From: Chrysomallon squamiferum
Taxonomy: Eukaryota; Animalia; Mollusca
Length of the DNA: 64,000 nt
Direction: 5' to 3'
Assembly: GCA_012295275.1 (NCBI GenBank)
Contig: CM022665.1
Location: forward strand, 10,230,001-10,294,000
The notes beneath the pieces are model-generated. The model was not told the origin of the DNA. It was given only the letters and a program-made list of their open reading frames with translations, and did not search any database. Below, piece by piece: positions 1 through 13,115 of the stretch. Each line of letters opens with the position of its first letter. Position 1 is the stretch's first letter. The translations under genes and the position numbers were made by a program.

Positions 1-113
1 TGATGATATAAAAATGAAATGAAAAAAAGAAAGAAAAGAACAAATGAGAAAGTAAACCAAAATAATAATAATAATAAATTAAAAAACAACAACAAAAATG
101 TGATGGTGATGGA

Positions 114-183
<70 letters not shown>
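114..183. repeat. (AAT)n microsatellite
   Basis: Direct reading; it explains the poly-Ile ORF 19..225. Confidence 0.95.
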
Positions 184-187
<4 letters not shown>

Positions 188-1022
188 CAATAACTAAGAT
201 AATTATATTATATATATGTAACTAAATGTAAATAATAAACAATAATATTAAATAAAGCAAATGTCAAAAAGAAGAAAAAATCTAGAAAGAAAACAAAAGG
301 TAAAAAAATAAAGTAAGTAAATAAATAAGTAAGTATATAAATTAATTAACACAATAAATAATACATAGATATTGTTTCAAATAAATAAATAAATAAATAA
401 ATAAAGTAAAATAAAATAAAATAAAAATAAAGTGATGTTACTGTCTCGCAATTGTATTCTTAAGGGTGAAAAGTGATCAAATAACATTACCCTAATAAAA
501 AGTCAGTCAAACCAATGAAATCGGCAACGAAACAGTTGAAATTTAGTCTATTATTTGTAATCTGTTACCGAGGTAGGCGTGTACTAATCTCATCCATTGT
601 GTAATAGGTGTGTCTTGACAGCCGTCAGTTTGATTTCAGTCCGTTGTGGCGTTCAGTTCAGACGTCAGCAGAAAAACTAAATATCGGAAGTCATCCATGA
701 TAACAAAATTATTTACGATTGACAAAACCATTTGTTATAATGAATTTGATGCTTTAATAATATGATTTGTAATTTTTTCACTGATATTTAGTGGTTTACT
801 ACTTGTATTTGATATGTAATTTTTGTCACTGATATTTAGTGAGTTACTATTTGTATTTGAATTTAAAATATTAATTATTTTCTTTTTGGTATATATGTTT
901 CTCTTATTTTAATTTATGTATATAATTTGAGTATTTTTATAAACTGTTATGCATAATGGTTTTTTTTTGTATGTAAATGTAAATTCATGAGAATAACTCA
1001 CTGACATTTTTTTCCTAGTTTG

Positions 1023-1064
<42 letters not shown>

Positions 1065-1129
1065 ATACTTTTCATTTGCTATTCTTGACAGATATTAAAA
1101 AAGAAATTTTATATAATGTTTTAATTTTA

Positions 1130-1165
<36 letters not shown>

Positions 1166-1598
1166 TAATGTTTTTTCATTTTTTATATAGAATTATTAAT
1201 CATGATTCAATCGTATCTAAAACAAAACTTAAAAGTATTTGTTCTATGTAAAATCACACGTCTAAATTTAGCAGTGCATACCCAGGTGGGCCTACAACAC
1301 CGATTTTCCTATAACAGATAAATCCTTTGTTGCTGACATAATTACGACAGGATACTTTATACTGCCTAACCACGAAACTAGTTCATTACACTGATAGGTG
1401 TAGAACGTGTACACTACACACTTGTTGTTGATTATTACTATATTGTGTGTTTATTTTTCGAACATTTAATCTTAAATCTGTTCAGTTTAATGAGCGTAAA
1501 TTTATAAATCATTTTTGCTTCTATTTTAACATATTTTGTATATTATAAATGTACTGTGATATTTAAATTATTTTTAAAATCATTTTTGCCTTGTTTTA

Positions 1599-1629
<31 letters not shown>

Positions 1630-2539
1630 AATATTGCATTATTAATGTATTTTAAATGACATTGTTTACATAAATATATTTTAGATTGTCTTATTTAACA
1701 AAAAACTATAACTTTTCCTATTATCTTGCAAACGAAAGAAAGTAAAAATAAATAAATAACTAGATAAATAATAATTGTTGTTTGTTGAGCCAACTTGAAC
1801 TTTTATTAGTCAAAACCGGGAGGCTTATTTTATCTTTTAAAAACATTTATTTAACATATAAATAAATATATTTTGGTGAAATAAACCGAGAACATTATCG
1901 CAAAATTTTAGAAAGGCCATTGAATTTTATCCACTGACACTTAAATCTTGAGAAAGATGATTCAGTTAAATGATTTTTCTAATACCTAATTTCCCATGTG
2001 CCAAGATGGTTAGTCGTGGGGAGGTCAACAAAGGGAACAACTCTAGTTGACTGGTCTTGAATAGCACACATGCTTTTCAATCGCTCTGAATCGTTAAATG
2101 TTTTCATTTCCATGTCAGAGAGGACGTGTTTCTCGACTCTTGCACTGAATCAAGTTCTCTCTCTCTCTCTCACTGTGTCTGAGAGATTCTGCGACAGATA
2201 CGCCCTCTGGGCTGTCAGAGAGGGTGGGTGCCTGTTGCCCACGTGCTTCACAACAGCTTCTTCTGATCAGCAACATTCATTCAGAAACCAGTCTATTCCA
2301 TTCAGGGGCCATTACAACATCTGCATGAAAAAAAAAAAAAAAAATTATCTAATTTTTCTTCCAGTGCAATCCAGCCATTTTAATTTAGTAAAACATGTGA
2401 TACAGAGGAAATCAAGGGGGAAGTCTGTCCAGACTAACACTGTAACAGAGGAAGGGCAAAGGACCATGGCCCATTCCACGATTCCAGAATCGAACGACGA
2501 GGCGTCCGGCTCCCGTCAAGAAAGACACCGGAAGTTTTA

Positions 2540-2995
2540 AAAAAAACAGGGGAAAGGGCGGTTCGATTACTTCAATCCACGCATGGATTTTCATGAGCGT
2601 GTTATTGGAACATATCGTCCAGGACGCTCAGCTAAGGATATTAGGATTTTAGCCGACGCAAGCAGTTCATAGAATGATGAACAATTCAGAATCAAAAAAG
2701 CTAGACACCCGGAAAATTCATGGGGGGTAATACCAATAGACAATGAGCTCTGGTTATTGTGTTTGTCGGGAATAAGGGATAGTAGACAAACTGGATTGGG
2801 TTAGAAAAGTTCTGGTGGCCAGTTCAACCAGCCCTTTCTTCAATTCTTGCAACCCAGGGAACAAGCCATTAGTGGGTGGGGTTAGGATATGTTGGGGGTT
2901 GAACAGAGAAAAAGTTAGCTTTGCCAAATGTAAATTCATGCATGCATGTCGAAAATGTTTGAAATAAAAATGTTGGATTCGCATTAACCATGTAT
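2540..2995 (+). mobile_element. Decayed DIRS/Ngaro-type retroelement gag-like ORF1 fragment
   Basis: Frameshifted pieces SITSIHAWIFMSVLLEH, NDEQFRIKKARHPENSWGVIPIDNELWL and ICWGLN...KCKFMHACRKC match the (Y)DEQFR..W..ID.ELW and Cys/His pattern I recognise from tyrosine-recombinase retroelement ORF1. Several stops are present. Confidence 0.7.
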
Positions 2996-3655
2996 TATTT
3001 TGCACCTTAATCCCTGAAACTAAGGAAAGTCACCAAGAATTAATTAGAATTTTTTTTTTTTTTTAAAGTTTAGAGAGGAACAGATCTGCCATTGTTGCAG
3101 TCATTGAAACAATTTTTAAATTTTTAATTATTTTTTTATAGTTTAACATTTTTGAACTTCAGATGCATTTTATTTTAGAATTATATTACATTTTAAGGTT
3201 GTTAAATGACACTGGGAGGGGGTATTAAAAAACCCTGATATGGGTCTAACACCTTATATAGCACATAACCTTATTTGCATAAGGGGCTTAATGTTTCATT
3301 GTTAAATAATTAGTGGTAAAAAGTTATTATATTATGTCTGTCTGTCTATCTATCTATCTATCTATGTATATGTGTGTATATGTGTATATACATGTGTGTA
3401 TGTATATATGTGTATATGTGTATATACATGTATGTATGTATATATGTGTATGTATACATTATATATATATATATATGATGTATATGTTTATATGTATGTG
3501 TGTATATTGTCTGATATGAATTCAGTGTCACCTGCTCATTTTATATTTAGTTCTATTAATCTGTTTTTTGGGGGGTTTTAAATTGTAACTTACACATGTA
3601 CTTGGTCTGAACTAATAAAAATATTTGAAAACTAATTTGAAATATTTTTTCTTAG

Positions 3656-3714
3656 ATCAAATATGAGCTCTGAAACAAGAGCTGAAGACAAAATGGATTC
3701 AGCAGATGAACGAG
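3656..3714 (+). CDS. Paralogous exon equivalent to exon 3 of the ParB-like gene (SNMSSETRAEDKMDSADER)
   Basis: It lies within the inverted duplication. Acceptor ttttttcttag|, donor GAG|GTTTGC, 59 nt, same phases (2 to 1), open. Upstream exons were not found in the window. Confidence 0.55.
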
Positions 3715-5183
3715 GTTTGCACAAAATTTCTGTATTAAATAACTATAAATGATACTAGTCTAGGTATGAAAATTAATTAATCATTGTTAGTGATAGTTCT
3801 AAATATTTTTAATTATAATTTGTTAGGATGACAATAAAATCACTGTGAGCAACTGGTAAATATTAGCAGGATATGATATCTATGTAACTTGTTTTTGTTA
3901 TTAAAATTATTATTTTAATCTTTGTTTTTATTACATTCATAGTGTATTAGATAATTATAAACCCATGACCAACTGCTGTGAATGCATATTTAATATTAAA
4001 TGAATCCACTGAAGATTATTATTACTATTGTTATCATTTTTAAAACCAAATGTAAAGACATTCAGCTTTCCCAAGAACCTAACAAAGACATACAAAAAAA
4101 AAAAAAAAAAAAAAAACCCACAAAAAACAATTGTTTTACAAAACAAAAATTAAATTTATCAGTTATAGGTGATATTTCTTTGTTTCATAATAATGCTGAC
4201 ATTTATAGAGAATTGAAATAACTATTTTAGTTCTGTACAATTCTTTCTCTGAATATACTTTTTTCATTTTTTCTTTGTTTGATCCTCTTCACTGATTCTA
4301 CTCAGTTTCTCTTTTTATTTCTCCAGTCTTGTTATCTCTTCATCCCTCTCTATCCCATCCTGATTCTATTATATTTTTTTTTTTGTCACTATCTATTTCT
4401 TCTAATTCCTGATTATTCTCTGTATTCATAGCTGTGCATTTTATATTTATCTGTGTGTGTATATGTAAGTACATCTGTTTCTATGCATTTGCCAAAGAAC
4501 ATCTACTGAGGAAGACAAGTTAGCTATTCTGCTATGTCTCTGTATATGTCAGTGTATTTCTGTTTAGCACAAATAAACATTTCTCAACAGTCAACAGTAT
4601 TTCAGTATTAATTTATTTCTTATTTATATCAGGAAAAAAATTATAAAAAAAAGAAAAAAAAAAGAAGAAATAATAAGATTCTAAACTGGCAAAGTAAGAC
4701 ACAGACACACAAATCTACATACATACACACTTACAAATGTTTACATAGATATAATCATACGTATTACAATTATTATCCATAATTGCTTGGTATGTAATGT
4801 CATTACAAATTTCTGTATTTTTTATTATGTAAAATAAATGGAAATGTTAAATAATTTATTATTATTATTTTAGCTTATTTAAATAATTATTTTATATTTT
4901 TATATGTAATGATTTAATTGGTTAAACTGTATTATTTTTTCCTTTAATTTTATATATTTGAAACCAACAGATACATTCATACATATTATTATACACACAG
5001 ACACACACACACTCTCGTACAAAGAGAAAATGAAACTGTTTTTCGAAATGCAGAAGTGTGTTTTAATAGCAATATCACCAGTTTAAAAATAATAGTCAAA
5101 TAAGTTTCTCTCTAGCATTATTAATTTTAACTATATTTTATTAAAAAAATTTAAAAGTATATATTTTTCTTTAAATTCTTCAG

Positions 5184-5263
5184 ATGCATTTTCAAGAATA
5201 TTTCAACGAACAAGCAATAGACAGCTGAACAACTTCCATCTGTGTGTAAAGAATCTGGGTTGA
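5184..5263 (+). CDS. Paralogous terminal exon (DAFSRIFQRTSNRQLNNFHLCVKNLG*)
   Basis: Acceptor ttcttcag|, phase 1. It shares SRIFQ and NL-x-TGA with the minus-strand copy. Confidence 0.55.
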
Positions 5264-8200
5264 AATTTATACATTTTTAATATATTTCATCTTCTAATCT
5301 TTTCACTTTGATTAATTTGGAATAAAAACTATGTAATACAAGTATAAATAGAGATATGATTTTTCAAAGATTAAATTTTTTCACATGTGAATGGTCTAGC
5401 ACAAATGAATAATTTTATCAGCTTTGGCTTCACATGTCAGTATAAGGGTATTGTGCTAATGTGTGTAAAAAAATTAAAGGTATATTTGCAACATATAGTA
5501 TTGCATTATGAAATAAGGTTTGTCAGAGACAATCTTGCTTCAGAATAGGCCCTTAAAAATAGGTATTTAGGGAAAATGTAGTTGTACTCAAACAGCACCA
5601 ATAATTTAAAAATGTAAAAACAAAATAATAACTTTGGATCTATTTTACTTAACAACTTTGAATTTTTATCAATTAGTTGGGAGTCAACACTGTATTTCCC
5701 AAACAAAAAATCACTGTTATAAATTTATGAAAAAAATAATCAGATGCAAAATGTTCTGAAAAACACGACCAGCATTCAGTTCTATGATATTTGTCTTGAA
5801 CAGAAATTGGGAAAGTTTTAAACAAACACTGTTGCAATGTAAAGACATATCTTTTAAAAAATTTGCAAATTGACAAATGAAGTAAATTTCAACAAATAAT
5901 GCCTTTCAGTTATAGCAAAAAAAACATTGTAAAATAATACTGTGATGTAAATGATAATTTTTTATTTTTTTTATTAACATTTAGATAATGTATCTCATCA
6001 TTTTCTTTTAAATTTATTTTATTTCATATTTTCAACACCTTTTTTTTTACTATATATGTTGTATTTCCTAATTATTTTTTTGTTATATTCATATATTTTA
6101 GAGCTGCTGAATGCCTAGATACAACAGATATGACATAAATTCTTAATTTTTAATTAGATTTACTTTAAAATTTATTTTAAATTTATATGTTAAAAATGCA
6201 AGAGGTTTGAGGCTGATTGCCTGTCATAGTTTAATGACATGTTGGCCAGTACAGGATATTATTTGGTTTTCTCTATTATCATTATTTTCACATCTTTATT
6301 TCATGAGCTTAATTTTCAACTCTGAATAGTTCACATGTGTTACTTAATAACTCCTTCTACCAAAAAATTAACTTTTAAATATTAACAATAAGAGCCACAT
6401 TAGCTGAAAAAATTTATGTCATTTACAATTACTAATTTTTGTTTTTAAAGTAATTTCAGTATTATTACTTGTAGAATTCAGTGAATTGTATTTTCATATA
6501 TTACAGTAATAATATATCTGCTGATGTAATGTTTGTTTTAAATATAAATAAGATACTGAGTTTTCTTTAAAATATGTATTTTTTAATTATTTAATAATAT
6601 AAATAAATAAAAAATTGAAAATACAATATCCTGTCATGTTTGCTAGAATGTTTGATTATAGGTTATTTACTCTTTTCTGCTCTTCGACGCACACACACAC
6701 ACACACACGCACACTCATAATTATTCAGATACTTTAACCAGATTTCTATTTCTTAATATATTCAAATGATAATTCATTTGTGTCAGATATTTGTTTTAGT
6801 GCCCCTGAATCTACTACTTAACGTAGACACTTTTTGTTACTGAAGAATGAAATACAGATACATTGTATTGAATTGCAGAGATTCTGTTTGTTGATTTAAT
6901 TATTAATAAATTACTCATGGTAAATAACAAATAACCAAACTCAAGCACTTTTTTATTAATGTTTGTATTTCATTGTATCCATATATGTACTATATTAGTA
7001 GCAAGTTATTGCTTGGGGTTTTTGAGGGTGTTTTTTTATGGATAACTGTTTCGGGTAATAATAAAATGTATTTAATAAAATAACTAAGACTGCTATTATA
7101 AGTGCTGTTTTTGGTTTTTTTTTTTTTTAAATGTGGGTTGAAAGTCAAAAAACCCCAAATGAACAAAACAATTGGTTTCTGATATTAATTTGCATCCCTT
7201 TATATACTGATTTTTATTGAATATAGGTTATTGAATTTGGTTCTTTATCCTGTAAGGATGCTATTTTAATCTTTTGGCACTCATGTAAACAGACATGTAA
7301 CAAATTATGAAGGTAAGGAGCTGTTGGTACAAAACTATCCAGGATGAATTAACAAAATATAGTCTGAAATTCTGTGATGATATATCTAATCCTGATATCT
7401 GTGATGTTTACCTTGACTTAAAAGAAGGAAGAAAACTGGTTCCTATAATGCTGTGAAACAAGTTTATAATATAATTTAAAAAAACAGGGATTTAACTATA
7501 ATTTTAATTTTATTTACACTAACAAAAACTTACTTTATATTCTATAACCAGTGAAAAGATGACATACTGAATCTTTTACTGAAATCTTTGAGGTAAAACA
7601 TGAAAAATAAGATAAAAGTTTTCTTTCAGAATGAATTTTTTTTTATTAGATCAATACAAAACGAAAACAACCCAGTAAAAATAAGCAAAATAGGATGAAG
7701 ATGATAATGATGATGATGATGGTGTGTGTGTCAGAATTTCACTTGGTTAAGATTTAAGAAGTGACTTTTGAACGGTTTATTCCTGATTCTGGCATTCCCG
7801 AATCTGGCAGTGAGATTATATCACATCTTAATTCGACACACCAGTTGTTCCATTTCTGGCAGTTTATTTCTCACCCTTACTAATTGGTGTTCCGTCACCT
7901 TAACTGATGTACTTTTGTCTAAATTGGTAGTATTTCCTGTCTCCAAATTTTACTGAGATATAACATTAATTTCATGTCTCCAAACATTAATTTTCTTGCA
8001 ATCTCTATTGCGGCTCACATCTGCTCTTCATTGCTCATTAAAGTTAATCTCGTTAATCGCCCCCTCTGTTCTTCACACATCTCGTTATCCCCATGCTTCT
8101 AAATTGGTCTTAATTGCTGACGACAGTTTTCCCATTTCTGGAAGCGGATTAGAACACCTCACCGCTTACCTAATCTGGAGACTGCCAGTTTTGGGAACAT

Positions 8201-8669
8201 ATCTTTTGAACATATATTTTTCACAGATAGTTTGAATGTGGTAATGGACTTCATGAAGCAATGGTCAAACCAAAGAAATAAGGAAATATATACTCAGTGA
8301 CCTACTATATTATTATTTATTATGTATGTAATTTGCTTTGAACCAAGTTTTTAACATAACATAATTTTCACACTGACATTAACTAAATCATATTTATTCC
8401 ATTCTTAGTTCCAAAATTTATTTCTATGCCACTGCCACAACTACAGAAAAATCAAATAAAACAGTACATACTGATGAATAAGCAATTGGAAATGCTAATG
8501 AGAAGGCTATTTTTAGGTCAGAATACAAATGTTGAGAAAATGAAGTAACATGACCATAGATTTTTCAGTCTGTAACTAAAATTATGCTGAGAAGTGATGT
8601 GTCTAAATAACTTTGATGATTTATTAACCAAGATGCAAATGAAGTCATTCAACTGGCTCCAATATCATT

Positions 8670-8740
8670 TCAACACAGATTTGTTCCATAAATGTGGAAA
8701 TGTTTTTCTCTGGTTTGTTGGAATATTCTTGATAATGTTT
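8670..8740 (-). CDS. Terminal coding exon 4 of the ParB-like gene (ETLSRIFQQTREKHFHIYGTNLC*)
   Basis: Acceptor ttcttcag|, phase-1 entry, TGA at 8672-8670. The paralogue has the same acceptor and stop position. The four exons total 678 nt (225 aa plus stop). Confidence 0.62.
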
Positions 8741-9056
8741 CTGAAGAATTCAAAAATACGTAAATATTTATTTCTAATAAAATACAGTTAAAATTTATAA
8801 TGTTAGAGAAACTGTTATTTTACTAGTTATTTTTAAACTCGTAGATTTAATATCAAAACACACTTGCACATTTTGCAGAACAGTCTCACTTTCTCTTTGT
8901 ATGAGTATGTGTGTATGTGTTTGTGTGTATAATAATATGTATGAATGTATCTGTTGGCTTCAAATTTATAAAGTTAAAGGTAAAAAAAAATAAAAACTTT
9001 AACCAGTTAAATCATTACATATAAAAATATAACATATATAATTATTTAAATAAGCT

Positions 9057-9098
<42 letters not shown>

Positions 9099-10188
9099 GA
9101 AGTAAATTAATTAACATTTCCATTTATTTTTTGTGTTAATAAAAAATGCAGACTGAAACTTTAATCACTTTACATACCAGCTGATTATGGACAAGAACTG
9201 TAATATGTATGTTTATGTCTATGTGTGAACATTTTGTGTGTGTGTGTGCCTTACTTTGTCAATTTAGAATCTAATATTTCTTCTTTCTTCTTCTTTTTAC
9301 AGTTTCTGAAATAAATAAGAAATAAATTGATACTGAAATACTGTTGACTGTTGAGAAATGTGTATTTGTGCTAAATAGAAATACACTGACATATACAGAG
9401 ACATAGCAGAATAGCTAACTTGTCTTCCTCAGTAGATGTTCTTTGGCAAATGCATAGAAATTGATGTACTTACATATACACACACAGATAACTATAAAAT
9501 GCACAGCTATGAATACAGAGAATAATCAGGAATTAGAAGAAACAGACAGTGACAAAAAACAGAACAGAATCAGGATGGGATAGACAGGGATGAGGAGATA
9601 ACAAGACTGGAGAAATAGAAAGAGAAACTGAGTAGAATCAGTGAACAGGATTAAAGAAAAAAAATGTAAAAGTATAATCAGAGAAAGAACACAGAATGTA
9701 CAGAAAACAGTTATTTCTGTTCTCTGTAAATGTCAACTTTATTAAGAAACATGAAGAAATATATCACCTATAACTAACAAAAGTAATTTGTTTTAATTTT
9801 TTTTTTTTTTTTTTATATATATTTTGGTTAGGTTCTCAGGAAAGCTGAATGTCTTGACAGTTGGTTTTTAAAAAAAATTATAACAACAGTAATAATCAAT
9901 TTCAGTGGAGTCATTAAATATGCATATACAGCAGTTGGTCATGGATTCACAATTATCTAATATACTGTAAATTTAATAAAAATAAAGATAAAAATATAAT
10001 TTTAATAACAAAAACAACAAGTTAAACAGATATCATATTCTGCTAATATTTACCAGTTGCTCAGTGATTTTATTGCATCCTTACAGAAATTATAATTAAA
10101 AATATTTTGAAATATCACTATCAATGATTAATTAATTTTCATATCAAGTTTCATTTATAGTTATTTAATACAGAAATTTTGTGGAAAC

Positions 10189-10304
10189 CTCGTTCAAGTT
10201 TTGAATAAAGTTTCTCTTCAGTTCTTGAAAAGTCTTCACTAGAAGAGGTAGAACTTGAAAGTTCAGTTACTTTTCTTACTGGTCTTTCAGACCTTGCATC
10301 TGGA
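10189..10304 (-). CDS. Exon 3 of the ParB-like gene (SPDARSERPVRKVTELSSSTSSSEDFSRTEEKLYSKLER)
   Basis: Acceptor tttttccttag| and donor GAG|GTTTCC. The 116-nt exon is open, phase 2 to 1. Both splice sites are mirrored in the paralogous copy at 3656-3714. Confidence 0.7.
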
Positions 10305-10377
10305 CTAAGGAAAAAGTTTCAAATTAGTTTTCAAATACTTTTATTGGTTCAGACCAAGTACATGTGCAAATTACAAG

Positions 10378-10414
<37 letters not shown>

Positions 10415-10578
10415 TAATAGAACTAAATATAAAATGAACAGGTGACACTGAATTCATATCAAACAGTTATCATAATCTTGATGAAAAGCCAATTGTTAAA
10501 CACATTTCAAACACATAAAAATAAATAACATAAATATTATGAGTGACATCTGTTAAGTATATTATATTCCTTAAAAAC

Positions 10579-10684
10579 CTTTTTTTTTTTTTGCTTGTTT
10601 CTTCTGCTTGTTTTGCTTTGGAATCTGCAGTTGAAGTGGATGCTAAATTGTTTTTGTTTAAGTTTGAAGTCTTGTCTTCTTTAT
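10579..10684 (-). CDS. Exon 2 of the ParB-like gene (DKEDKTSNLNKNNLASTSTADSKAKQAEETSKKKK)
   Basis: Acceptor ttcttgttttag| and donor AG|GTTTTT. The 106-nt exon is open, phase 1 to 2, and encodes a charged low-complexity linker. Confidence 0.65.
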
Positions 10685-11074
10685 CTAAAACAAGAAAAAT
10701 AATGATCAGAAAAAATAAAATAAAATAAAAGTAAAAAATATAATAATATATTATATTGTAGGAAGTTAGGGGTCAGAGGAACTGTTTGATAATTTTTGTT
10801 TTTTTGTTTTTTTTGGCCAGATAGGGTTAGAATTTTAATTTTGTGTTGCCATTTGAACTAAAGACATTACGTTATTAAGGGGCATGCAATGATTGGCCTT
10901 ATCTTTAGAAACTTTTTAAGTTAACCCAGATTTCCTTTTGATGGATTTGAAACAAAAACAGACTAAAATGACAACCTGCCTCATTACATCCACTTAGCAT
11001 GAGTGTATTTCAATGCATGCCAATTTTAGCAATAAAAGAGTATTTTCCTTTCATCATCACTTTAAATTTGAAGT

Positions 11075-11564
11075 TGGTTCGACAACAACTCAGTTTGCAA
11101 GACAGAGAAGGGCCACTGGCTGGCTACAAGATGGACACACTCAAAGATCTGTGGTTCACCATCTAAATGTAAGTCAAAATGTTATTGGTATACTCTGAAA
11201 GAGGTTCAGGACGACTAATTCTATTCAGAATTGCTACTGTTCTGGAAGACCACGATCGACAACAGCACGGAAAGATCGTTTCCTGATGATGATGGCATTG
11301 CAACAGCGTTTTGTGACTGCGCGGCGTCTTCGTAACCAATTCAGAACTGTTACAGGCAACAATCTGTCTGACCAGACCATTACGAAGCGTCAGTGAGACA
11401 ATGTTTGCCATGTTGGCATCCTGTAGTCCAACCACAGTTACCTGCCTATCACAGAAGGGCTCGTCTTGATCAGTACTGATGTCATATAGTCTTGAAGCGT
11501 GAGCAATGGCAGAGACATTATTCACAGATGAGTCATGATACTTATTCCAGTTCAGTGATGGCAT
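11075..11564 (+). mobile_element. Tc1/mariner transposase pseudogene (5' half) inside intron 1 of the ParB-like gene
   Basis: HTH region GWLQDGHTQRSVVHHLNVSQNVI, the linker SGRPRSTTARKDR, FVTARRL, SDQTI and HRRARL, and the first catalytic motif LFTDES. It has stops and frameshifts and is truncated after FSDG. Confidence 0.88.
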
Positions 11565-11611
11565 ATTAGCTTATTTTTATTTGCTCAGATAATATAAATA
11601 TACTTTATTGT

Positions 11612-12386
11612 TGTCACGGAATTTAGATTGCGTAACCAAATTTGTTACTTCAATCAGAGATCCGCTCCTTCTATGTTTAAGCGATGAAGCGTAACTTTAA
11701 TTGTTACTACAAATCACATCCGCTCTTTTATTTTTAAGCTATGGAATTGAAATTGCGTAACTTTAATTATTACTACAGTCACACCCGCTCTTTTTATTGT
11801 TCCCGCTAACTTTTCAATCCATGGCATTGTTATAAAAAGGCTAGCAGTTTGGTAATTTAAAAAAAAAAAGCAGAGCGAAGTAAGCGAGAGCTAAGGAGAC
11901 GGTCAAGACGAGCGTTCAGTCAGGCGGGGAAACCAATATTTTTGAATGACATTGTCTTTACGGACGAGTATATTAAGCAATTATCTATTCTTATTTTGAT
12001 AGGGTGCAATTACCCCGTGTCAATAACATTTATTATACCTAAAATGTATTTGTCCTCCGTGAAGATTCTTATTTTGGCTTGGTTTCCAATATGACCTTAC
12101 TCGTATGACCTTTCTCATATCATTAATCAAAATTACTTAAACATATGTTTTATGATTGTATAATGTATTATTATCAAGTCACCTGTATATCATAATTAAA
12201 CAATTAACGTTAGCCTTAACTGGTGTTGTGTTTATTTCTCTAGTGGATAGATACTTATTGATTTATGTAGATTGGTGTCAATTTAGTGTTTATATTCCTT
12301 GTTAGGTGACCATTAAAGCACCTTGTTACCCTAGACTGAGCCTTAATAAAACATACCAGGTGTTTAAAGGTGTGAGCCCCATGACA
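11612..12386 (+). mobile_element. Probable solo LTR (~775 bp)
   Basis: It starts TGTCAC and ends ATGACA (TG...CA with a 5-bp terminal inverted repeat). The flanks ATTGT/AGTGT form a 4/5 TSD-like match. There is an internal TATAAAA at ~11830, AATAAA at ~12345, and U3-like tandem repeats. Confidence 0.65.
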
Positions 12387-13115
12387 AGTGTTTTCTGTTA
12401 AAACGATAATTTAAATTACATAAGGAAAATATTATAATTGTAGCTATTGTAGCAGTAGTAGATTAGTAGTAGTACAAGTAGCTGTAATAGTAGAGCTGAG
12501 GTAGTAATAGCTATTTACATAGCAGTGTAGCAGTGAAAACAGTAGAAGCAGCAGCAGCAGCCTCTTCTTCATTTACATAATGGGCCGGATAATGTGCGAG
12601 ATACATGACTATGCATACAGTGTATGTTACTAAGTTCCTGTCAGTTTTTATCGAACAGTTATGAAAATGGGGTGTCATGGAATTTTGTCCTGTAATGCAT
12701 GTATTGGTGATGTATAATGATTATCAGCGAATATGAAACTGACTGGCAAAAATTGTGCAGGTTTTTTTTTGTTTTTGTTTTTTTTGTGTATATTTTGTCT
12801 GCATATAAAATTAATATACAGAGTATAAAGAAAAAAAGAAAAATAAATAATTCAATACGTCCCCTCTAGCTATGCCACTGCTGTCATCGATACATGCAAT
12901 TTCTGGTAAAAGAAAAACAAAGAGATTTATAACATTCACATAAAAAATACATTAGTCTTAAGATATAACTAAAGTGTTTGTACAAAGAACATGACAGTAA
13001 AATAAGTATTCATCTCCAGTATTAATGAAACCTCTGGTTTATATTTTGCATAATTGTAACTGATTTTAATGCTAATTTAACTAACTTACATAATAATACA
13101 AATGGCAGCACTTAC

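Larger units (their letters stand above)
3508..5266 (+). repeat. Left arm of a ~1.8 kb inverted duplication (partner 8667-10465)
   Basis: Colinear reverse-complement matches, for example 3513 gatatgaattcagtgtcacctg with 10439-10460, 4490-4575 with 9362-9447, and 4962 aaccaacagatacattcatacatattatt with ~8930-8957. Confidence 0.95.
8667..10465 (-). repeat. Right arm of the ~1.8 kb inverted duplication (partner 3508-5266)
   Basis: Same reverse-complement matches as the left arm. Homology stops a few nt after the shared TGA. Confidence 0.95.

Noticed and set aside
765-862. ~48-bp tandem duplication (tcactgatatttagtg...ttact..ttgtatttga, twice)
   Set aside because: An ordinary local duplication with no functional clue.
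11163-11564. 133-aa minus-strand ORF
   Set aside because: It is the antisense shadow of the plus-strand Tc1 transposase remnant.
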